From the NCBI GenBank assembly GCA_964016885.1, contig OZ024742.1, positions 271,002,001 to 271,066,000 on the forward strand: a DNA stretch of 64,000 nt, given 5' to 3'. The position numbers and the translations under genes were made by a program. A model generated the notes under the pieces. It worked only from the letters and a program-made list of their open reading frames with translations, searched no databases and was not told the origin of the DNA. Positions 53,372-64,000 of this stretch are shown here, piece after piece; the first letter of the stretch is position 1; every line of letters begins with the position of its first letter. This DNA is from Eledone cirrhosa. Its lineage: Eukaryota.

Positions 53372-56300
53372 AAATTGGAATAAATGCTCTGAAATAGCGA
53401 TATATATGTGAATATAGACATAGAATATTCGAAAATATTCTGTATGTTTATAATAAACATTTTGAAGACCTAATCGCTATAGAATAGAATACGTCACGTA
53501 TTACAATTAGATTCTCGATAAAAGCAAGGGAAGTAATCTACGCGTTTCATTCTCGTTAGAAATCATCAGGACTACATATCCAGTGCTTTTATCGAGAATG
53601 ACACAGCTAGAGACTTATAGAATACTTGGCTGTGTACAGGAACTGGTTTGAAAGAGCGGTTGCCGGTCCGGCAGAAATTAGAAATTGGAATAAATGCTCT
53701 GAAATAGCGATATATATGTGAATATAGACATAGAATATTCGAAAATATTCTGTATGTTTATAATAAACATTTTGAAGACCTAATCGCTATAGAATAGAAT
53801 ACGTCACGTATTACAATTAGATTCTCGATAAAAGCAAGGGAAGTAATCTACGCGTTTCATTCTCGTTAGAAATCATCAGGACTACATATCCAGTGCTTTT
53901 ATCGAGAATGACACAGCTAGAGACTTATAGAATACTTGGCTGTGTACAGGAACTGGTTTGAAAGAGCGGTTGCCGGTCCGGCAGAAATTAGAAATTGGAA
54001 TAAATGCTCTGAAATAGCGATATATATGTGAATATAGACATAGAATATTCGAAAATATTCTGTATGTTTATAATAAACATTTTGAAGACCTAATCGCTAT
54101 AGAATAGAATACGTCACGTATTACAATTAGATTCTCGATAAAAGCAAGGGAAGTAATCTACGCGTTTCATTCTCGTTAGAAATCATCAGGACTACATATC
54201 CAGTGCTTTTATCGAGAATGACACAGCTAGAGACTTATAGAATACTTGGCTGTGTACAGGAACTGGTTTGAAAGAGCGGTTGCCGGTCCGGCAGAAATTA
54301 GAAATTGGAATAAATGCTCTGAAATAGCGATATATATGTGAATATAGACATAGAATATTCGAAAATATTCTGTATGTTTATAATAAACATTTTGAAGACC
54401 TAATCGCTATAGAATAGAATACGTCACGTATTACAATTAGATTCTCGATAAAAGCAAGGGAAGTAATCTACGCGTTTCATTCTCGTTAGAAATCATCAGG
54501 ACTACATATCCAGTGCTTTTATCGAGAATGACACAGCTAGAGACTTATAGAATACTTGGCTGTGTACAGGAACTGGTTTGAAAGAGCGGTTGCCGGTCCG
54601 GCAGAAATTAGAAATTGGAATAAATGCTCTGAAATAGCGATATATATGTGAATATAGACATAGAATATTCGAAAATATTCTGTATGTTTATAATAAACAT
54701 TTTGAAGACCTAATCGCTATAGAATAGAATACGTCACGTATTACAATTAGATTCTCGATAAAAGCAAGGGAAGTAATCTACGCGTTTCATTCTCGTTAGA
54801 AATCATCAGGACTACATATCCAGTGCTTTTATCGAGAATGACACAGCTAGAGACTTATAGAATACTTGGCTGTGTACAGGAACTGGTTTGAAAGAGCGGT
54901 TGCCGGTCCGGCAGAAATTAGAAATTGGAATAAATGCTCTGAAATAGCGATATATATGTGAATATAGACATAGAATATTCGAAAATATTCTGTATGTTTA
55001 TAATAAACATTTTGAAGACCTAATCGCTATAGAATAGAATACGTCACGTATTACAATTAGATTCTCGATAAAAGCAAGGGAAGTAATCTACGCGTTTCAT
55101 TCTCGTTAGAAATCATCAGGACTACATATCCAGTGCTTTTATCGAGAATGACACAGCTAGAGACTTATAGAATACTTGGCTGTGTACAGGAACTGGTTTG
55201 AAAGAGCGGTTGCCGGTCCGGCAGAAATTAGAAATTGGAATAAATGCTCTGAAATAGCGATATATATGTGAATATAGACATAGAATATTCGAAAATATTC
55301 TGTATGTTTATAATAAACATTTTGAAGACCTAATCGCTATAGAATAGAATACGTCACGTATTACAATTAGATTCTCGATAAAAGCAAGGGAAGTAATCTA
55401 CGCGTTTCATTCTCGTTAGAAATCATCAGGACTACATATCCAGTGCTTTTATCGAGAATGACACAGCTAGAGACTTATAGAATACTTGGCTGTGTACAGG
55501 AACCGGTTTGAAAGAGCTGTTGCCGGTCCGGCAGAAATTAGAAATTGGAATAAATGCTCTGAAATAGCGATATATATGTGAATATAGACATAGAATATTC
55601 GAAAATATTCTGTATGTTTATAATAAACATTTTGAAGACCTAATCGCTATAGAATAGAATACGTCACGTATTACAATTAGATTCTCGATAAAAGCAAGGG
55701 AAGTAATCTACGCGTTTCATTCTCGTTAGAAATCATCAGGACTACATATCCAGTGCTTTTATCGAGAATGACACAGCTAGAGACTTATAGAATACTTGGC
55801 TGTGTACAGGAACTGGTTTGAAAGAGCGGTTGCCGGTCCGGCAGAAATTAGAAATTGGAATAAATGCTCTGAAATAGCGATATATATGTGAATATAGACA
55901 TAGAATATTCGAAAATATTCTGTATGTTTATAATAAACATTTTGAAGACCTAATCGCTATAGAATAGAATACGTCACGTATTACAATTAGATTCTCGATA
56001 AAAGCAAGGGAAGTAATCTACGCGTTTCATTCTCGTTAGAAATCATCAGGACTACATATCCAGTGCTTTTATCGAGAATGACACAGCTAGAGACTTATAG
56101 AATACTTGGCTGTGTACAGGAACTGGTTTGAAAGAGCGGTTGCCGGTCCGGCAGAAATTAGAAATTGGAATAAATGCTCTGAAATAGCGATATATATGTG
56201 AATATAGACATAGAATATTCGAAAATATTCTGTATGTTTATAATAAACATTTTGAAGACCTAATCGCTATAGAATAGAATACGTCACGTATTACAATTAG

Positions 56301-58078
56301 ATTCTCGATAAAAGCAAGGGAAGTAATCTACGCGTTTCATTCTCGTTAGAAATCATCAGGACTACATATCCAGTGCTTTTATCGAGAATGACACAGCTAG
56401 AGACTTATAGAATACTTGGCTGTGTACAGGAACTGGTTTGAAAGAGCGGTTGCCGGTCCGGCAGAAATTAGAAATTGGAATAAATGCTCTGAAATAGCGA
56501 TATATATGTGAATATAGACATAGAATATTCGAAAATATTCTGTATGTTTATAATAAACATTTTGAAGACCTAATCGCTATAGAATAGAATACGTCACGTA
56601 TTACAATTAGATTCTCGATAAAAGCAAGGGAAGTAATCTACGCGTTTCATTCTCGTTAGAAATCATCAGGACTACATATCCAGTGCTTTTATCGAGAATG
56701 ACACAGCTAGAGACTTATAGAATACTTGGCTGTGTACAGGAACCGGTTTGAAAGAGCTGTTGCCGGTCCGGCAGAAATTAGAAATTGGAATAAATGCTCT
56801 GAAATAGCGATATATATGTGAATATAGACATAGAATATTCGAAAATATTCTGTATGTTTATAATAAACATTTTGAAGACCTAATCGCTATAGAATAGAAT
56901 ACGTCACGTATTACAATTAGATTCTCGATAAAAGCAAGGGAAGTAATCTACGCGTTTCATTCTCGTTAGAAATCATCAGGACTACATATCCAGTGCTTTT
57001 ATCGAGAATGACACAGCTAGAGACTTATAGAATACTTGGCTGTGTACAGGAACTGGTTTGAAAGAGCGGTTGCCGGTCCGGCAGAAATTAGAAATTGGAA
57101 TAAATGCTCTGAAATAGCGATATATATGTGAATATAGACATAGAATATTCGAAAATATTCTGTATGTTTATAATAAACATTTTGAAGACCTAATCGCTAT
57201 AGAATAGAATACGTCACGTATTACAATTAGATTCTCGATAAAAGCAAGGGAAGTAATCTACGCGTTTCATTCTCGTTAGAAATCATCAGGACTACATATC
57301 CAGTGCTTTTATCGAGAATGACACAGCTAGAGACTTATAGAATACTTGGCTGTGTACAGGAACTGGTTTGAAAGAGCGGTTGCCGGTCCGGCAGAAATTA
57401 GAAATTGGAATAAATGCTCTGAAATAGCGATATATATGTGAATATAGACATAGAATATTCGAAAATATTCTGTATGTTTATAATAAACATTTTGAAGACC
57501 TAATCGCTATAGAATAGAATACGTCACGTATTACAATTAGATTCTCGATAAAAGCAAGGGAAGTAATCTACGCGTTTCATTCTCGTTAGAAATCATCAGG
57601 ACTACATATCCAGTGCTTTTATCGAGAATGACACAGCTAGAGACTTATAGAATACTTGGCTGTGTACAGGAACTGGTTTGAAAGAGCGGTTGCCGGTCCG
57701 GCAGAAATTAGAAATTGGAATAAATGCTCTGAAATAGCGATATATATGTGAATATAGACATAGAATATTCGAAAATATTCTGTATGTTTATAATAAACAT
57801 TTTGAAGACCTAATCGCTATAGAATAGAATACGTCACGTATTACAATTAGATTCTCGATAAAAGCAAGGGAAGTAATCTACGCGTTTCATTCTCGTTAGA
57901 AATCATCAGGACTACATATCCAGTGCTTTTATCGAGAATGACACAGCTAGAGACTTATAGAATACTTGGCTGTGTACAGGAACTGGTTTGAAAGAGCGGT
58001 TGCCGGTCCGGCAGAAATTAGAAATTGGAATAAATGCTCTGAAATAGCGATACATATGTGAATATAGACATAGAATAT
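53372..58078 (-). repeat. Left arm: ~15.2 x 310-bp tandem monomers with a hammerhead on the minus strand
   Basis: Exact 310-bp period (e.g. 53401, 53711, 54021) and almost no divergence. Starts at the edge of (TA)n. Confidence 0.97.
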
Positions 58079-58098
58079 GTTTATTATATATTATTTAT

Positions 58099-61000
58099 AT
58101 GTTTATTATAAACATACAGAATATTTTCGAATATTCTATGTCTATATTCACATATATATCGCTATTTCAGAGCATTTATTCCAATTTCTAATTTCTGCCG
58201 GACCGGCAACCGCTCTTTCAAACCAGTTCCTGTACACAGCCAAGTATTCTATAAGTCTCTAGCTGTGTCATTCTCGATAAAAGCACTGGATATGTAGTCC
58301 TGATGATTTCTAACGAGAATGAAACGCGTAGATTACTTCCCTTGCTTTTATCGAGAATCTAATTGTAATACGTGACGTATTCTATTCTATAGCGATTAGG
58401 TCTTCAAAATGTTTATTATAAACATACAGAATATTTTCGAATATTCTATGTCTATATTCACATATATATCGCTATTTCAGAGCATTTATTCCAATTTCTA
58501 ATTTCTGCCGGACCGGCAACCGCTCTTTCAAACCAGTTCCTGTACACAGCCAAGTATTCTATAAGTCTCTAGCTGTGTCATTCTCGATAAAAGCACTGGA
58601 TATGTAGTCCTGATGATTTCTAACGAGAATGAAACGCGTAGATTACTTCCCTTGCTTTTATCGAGAATCTAATTGTAATACGTGACGTATTCTATTCTAT
58701 AGCGATTAGGTCTTCAAAATGTTTATTATAAACATACAGAATATTTTCGAATATTCTATGTCTATATTCACATATATATCGCTATTTCAGAGCATTTATT
58801 CCAATTTCTAATTTCTGCCGGACCGGCAACCGCTCTTTCAAACCAGTTCCTGTACACAGCCAAGTATTCTATAAGTCTCTAGCTGTGTCATTCTCGATAA
58901 AAGCACTGGATATGTAGTCCTGATGATTTCTAACGAGAATGAAACGCGTAGATTACTTCCCTTGCTTTTATCGAGAATCTAATTGTAATACGTGACGTAT
59001 TCTATTCTATAGCGATTAGGTCTTCAAAATGTTTATTATAAACATACAGAATATTTTCGAATATTCTATGTCTATATTCACATATATATCGCTATTTCAG
59101 AGCATTTATTCCAATTTCTAATTTCTGCCGGACCGGCAACCTCTCTTTCAAACCAGTTCCTGTACACAGCCAAGTATTCTATAAGTCTCTAGCTGTGTCA
59201 TTCTCGATAAAAGCACTGGATATGTAGTCCTGATGATTTCTAACGAGAATGAAACGCGTAGATTACTTCCCTTGCTTTTATCGAGAATCTAATTGTAATA
59301 CGTGACGTATTCTATTCTATAGCGATTAGGTCTTCAAAATGTTTATTATAAACATACAGAATATTTTCGAATATTCTATGTCTATATTCACATATATATC
59401 GCTATTTCAGAGCATTTATTCCAATTTCTAATTTCTGCCGGACCGGCAACCGCTCTTTCAAACCAGTTCCTGTACACAGCCAAGTATTCTATAAGTCTCT
59501 AGCTGTGTCATTCTCGATAAAAGCACTGGATATGTAGTCCTGATGATTTCTAACGAGAATGAAACGCGTAGATTACTTCCCTTGCTTTTATCGAGAATCT
59601 AATTGTAATACGTGACGTATTCTATTCTATAGCGATTAGGTCTTCAAAATGTTTATTATAAACATACAGAATATTTTCGAATATTCTATGTCTATATTCA
59701 CATATATATCGCTATTTCAGAGCATTTATTCCAATTTCTAATTTCTGCCGGACCGGCAACCGCTCTTTCAAACCAGTTCCTGTACACAGCCAAGTATTCT
59801 ATAAGTCTCTAGCTGTGTCATTCTCGATAAAAGCACTGGATATGTAGTCCTGATGATTTCTAACGAGAATGAAACGCGTAGATTACTTCCCTTGCTTTTA
59901 TCGAGAATCTAATTGTAATACGTGACGTATTCTATTCTATAGCGATTAGGTCTTCAAAATGTTTATTATAAACATACAGAATATTTTCGAATATTCTATG
60001 TCTATATTCACATATATATCGCTATTTCAGAGCATTTATTCCAATTTCTAATTTCTGCCGGACCGGCAACCGCTCTTTCAAACCAGTTCCTGTACACAGC
60101 CAAGTATTCTATAAGTCTCTAGCTGTGTCATTCTCGATAAAAGCACTGGATATGTAGTCCTGATGATTTCTAACGAGAATGAAACGCGTAGATTACTTCC
60201 CTTGCTTTTATCGAGAATCTAATTGTAATACGTGACGTATTCTATTCTATAGCGATTAGGTCTTCAAAATGTTTATTATAAACATACAGAATATTTTCGA
60301 ATATTCTATGTCTATATTCACATATATATCGCTATTTCAGAGCATTTATTCCAATTTCTAATTTCTGCCGGACCGGCAACTGCTCTTTCAAACCAGTTCC
60401 TGTACACAGCCAAGTATTCTATAAGTCTCTAGCTGTGTCATTCTCGATAAAAGCACTGGATATGTAGTCCTGATGATTTCTAACGAGAATGAAACGCGTA
60501 GATTACTTCCCTTGCTTTTATCGAGAATCTAATTGTAATACGTGACGTATTCTATTCTATAGCGATTAGGTCTTCAAAATGTTTATTATAAACATACAGA
60601 ATATTTTCGAATATTCTATGTCTATATTCACATATATATCGCTATTTCAGAGCATTTATTCCAATTTCTAATTTCTGCCGGACCGGCAACCGCTCTTTCA
60701 AACCAGTTCCTGTACACAGCCAAGTATTCTATAAGTCTCTAGCTGTGTCATTCTCGATAAAAGCACTGGATATGTAGTCCTGATGATTTCTAACGAGAAT
60801 GAAACGCGTAGATTACTTCCCTTGCTTTTATCGAGAATCTAATTGTAATACGTGACGTATTCTATTCTATAGCGATTAGGTCTTCAAAATGTTTATTATA
60901 AACATACAGAATATTTTCGAATATTCTATGTCTATATTCACATATATATCGCTATTTCAGAGCATTTATTCCAATTTCTAATTTCTGCCGGACCGGCAAC

Positions 61001-63110
61001 CGCTCTTTCAAACCAGTTCCTGTACACAGCCAAGTATTCTATAAGTCTCTAGCTGTGTCATTCTCGATAAAAGCACTGGATATGTAGTCCTGATGATTTC
61101 TAACGAGAATGAAACGCGTAGATTACTTCCCTTGCTTTTATCGAGAATCTAATTGTAATACGTGACGTATTCTATTCTATAGCGATTAGGTCTTCAAAAT
61201 GTTTATTATAAACATACAGAATATTTTCGAATATTCTATGTCTATATTCACATATATATCGCTATTTCAGAGCATTTATTCCAATTTCTAATTTCTGCCG
61301 GACCGGCAACCGCTCTTTCAAACCAGTTCCTGTACACAGCCAAGTATTCTATAAGTCTCTAGCTGTGTCATTCTCGATAAAAGCACTGGATATGTAGTCC
61401 TGATGATTTCTAACGAGAATGAAACGCGTAGATTACTTCCCTTGCTTTTATCGAGAATCTAATTGTAATACGTGACGTATTCTATTCTATAGCGATTAGG
61501 TCTTCAAAATGTTTATTATAAACATACAGAATATTTTCGAATATTCTATGTCTATATTCACATATATATCGCTATTTCAGAGCATTTATTCCAATTTCTA
61601 ATTTCTGCCGGACCGGCAACCGCTCTTTCAAACCAGTTCCTGTACACAGCCAAGTATTCTATAAGTCTCTAGCTGTGTCATTCTCGATAAAAGCACTGGA
61701 TATGTAGTCCTGATGATTTCTAACGAGAATGAAACGCGTAGATTACTTCCCTTGCTTTTATCGAGAATCTAATTGTAATACGTGACGTATTCTATTCTAT
61801 AGCGATTAGGTCTTCAAAATGTTTATTATAAACATACAGAATATTTTCGAATATTCTATGTCTATATTCACATATATATCGCTATTTCAGAGCATTTATT
61901 CCAATTTCTAATTTCTGCCGGACCGGCAACCGCTCTTTCAAACCAGTTCCTGTACACAGCCAAGTATTCTATAAGTCTCTAGCTGTGTCATTCTCGATAA
62001 AAGCACTGGATATGTAGTCCTGATGATTTCTAACGAGAATGAAACGCGTAGATTACTTCCCTTGCTTTTATCGAGAATCTAATTGTAATACGTGACGTAT
62101 TCTATTCTATAGCGATTAGGTCTTCAAAATGTTTATTATAAACATACAGAATATTTTCGAATATTCTATGTCTATATTCACATATATATCGCTATTTCAG
62201 AGCATTTATTCCAATTTCTAATTTCTGCCGGACCGGCAACCGCTCTTTCAAACCAGTTCCTGTACACAGCCAAGTATTCTATAAGTCTCTAGCTGTGTCA
62301 TTCTCGATAAAAGCACTGGATATGTAGTCCTGATGATTTCTAACGAGAATGAAACGCGTAGATTACTTCCCTTGCTTTTATCGAGAATCTAATTGTAATA
62401 CGTGACGTATTCTATTCTATAGCGATTAGGTCTTCAAAATGTTTATTATAAACATACAGAATATTTTCGAATATTCTATGTCTATATTCACATATATATC
62501 GCTATTTCAGAGCATTTATTCCAATTTCTAATTTCTGCCGGACCGGCAACCGCTCTTTCAAACCAGTTCCTGTACACAGCCAAGTATTCTATAAGTCTCT
62601 AGCTGTGTCATTCTCGATAAAAGCACTGGATATGTAGTCCTGATGATTTCTAACGAGAATGAAACGCGTAGATTACTTCCCTTGCTTTTATCGAGAATCT
62701 AATTGTAATACGTGACGTATTCTATTCTATAGCGATTAGGTCTTCAAAATGTTTATTATAAACATACAGAATATTTTCGAATATTCTATGTCTATATTCA
62801 CATATATATCGCTATTTCAGAGCATTTATTCCAATTTCTAATTTCTGCCGGACCGGCAACCGCTCTTTCAAACCAGTTCCTGTACACAGCCAAGTATTCT
62901 ATAAGTCTCTAGCTGTGTCATTCTCGATAAAAGCACTGGATATGTAGTCCTGATGATTTCTAACGAGAATGAAACGCGTAGATTACTTCCCTTGCTTTTA
63001 TCGAGAATCTAATTGTAATACGTGACGTATTCTATTCTATAGCGATTAGGTCTTCAAAATGTTTATTATAAACATACAGAATATTTTCGAATATTCTATG
63101 TCTATATTCA
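58099..63110 (+). repeat. Right arm: ~16.2 x 310-bp tandem monomers (reverse complement of the left arm) with a hammerhead on the plus strand
   Basis: Reverse complement of the left-arm unit, running directly into (TA)n at 63111. Confidence 0.97.
58270..58358 (+). ncRNA. Type I hammerhead ribozyme (representative of 31 copies)
   Basis: ATTCTCGATAAAAGCA-CTGGATAT-GTAGTC-CTGATGA-TTTCT-AACG-AGAAT-GAAA-CGCG-TA-GATTAC-TTCCCT-TGCTTTTATCGAGAAT. Full core, 6-bp plus 16-bp stem I, GUA cleavage site at 58328-58330. Confidence 0.9.
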
Positions 63111-63112
63111 TA

Positions 63113-63201
<89 letters not shown>

Positions 63202-63220
63202 ATATATATATATATATATA

Positions 63221-63281
<61 letters not shown>

Positions 63282-63479
63282 GTCTGTGTGTTTGTGTGTG
63301 TGTGTTTATAATAAGGAATTGACAGACCCAGCATATTTATCTAACTATATATACTAGAAGAAAAGGCAAATTATTTTGTACAGAAATTTTTATTCTAAAT
63401 TAAATTTATCCTTCAAATAAGATGCATGATGAAATCAATTTTGAATTCATAATACAAAAGAATAATAAATAAATACAAT

Positions 63480-63528
<49 letters not shown>

Positions 63529-64000
63529 GGGAGGAAGAGGCACGAGGTGGTAGAAGGTCATGAAATCGCTCCCGTAAGTTTTTGATTTTTAACATATTAA
63601 AATCAATTGTGAAATAACAATTCTTAGTACAAATGTTGCATAAACCACCGAATGAAGTCCCATAAAATTTCGGATCCATATTATATTGTTATATCGCTCA
63701 AATATTCAATTTTGTATTATATATTTTGTATTCAAAAAAAGAAAATGGTTATAAATGGAAGAAAACACCCTCTATCTACACTATATAGAACAGCCAAATA
63801 TCAACAATTTCACCAACACCAGAAAGTTGATACACCACCTATCCCATCACACTAAATATAACAGCCAGATAACGGCAATTTCACCACCACCACCATCAAT
63901 CCCGGCATGATAATAATAATTACTATTATTATTGTCTCAAATTTTAACAAAATGTTTAATTCCAATTTTACGGGAATATGTCAACACAATATATATTAAA

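Noticed and set aside
53372-63110. CRISPR array or coding repeat
   Set aside because: The units are identical with no variable spacers, there are no cas genes, the context is eukaryotic and the monomer has no ORF.

Overview
AT-rich eukaryotic DNA dense in microsatellites, with no recognisable host gene. The SINEs resemble octopus/cephalopod SINEs, so the species is an inference. The window is almost entirely mobile DNA: a near-full-length decayed Helitron, R4/Dong-type RLE retrotransposons and Tx1/L1-type LINEs stacked in (ATT)n microsatellites, an RTE remnant and a bipartite RTE-derived element, tRNA-type SINEs, a non-autonomous LTR element, and many Penelope-like (GIY-YIG) remnants. The standout is 53372-63110, about 31 near-identical 310-bp monomers that each carry a complete type I hammerhead ribozyme (retrozyme-like). 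They form a ~9.7-kb head-to-head palindrome (15 + 16 ribozymes) between two (TA)n tracts. The same architecture (ribozyme or Penelope-type sequence, inversion, microsatellite ends) recurs at small scale across the window. This suggests a Penelope-driven, microsatellite-targeted system that copies ribozyme-bearing circular RNA. All structures were read by eye, nothing was computed, and many boundaries are approximate.
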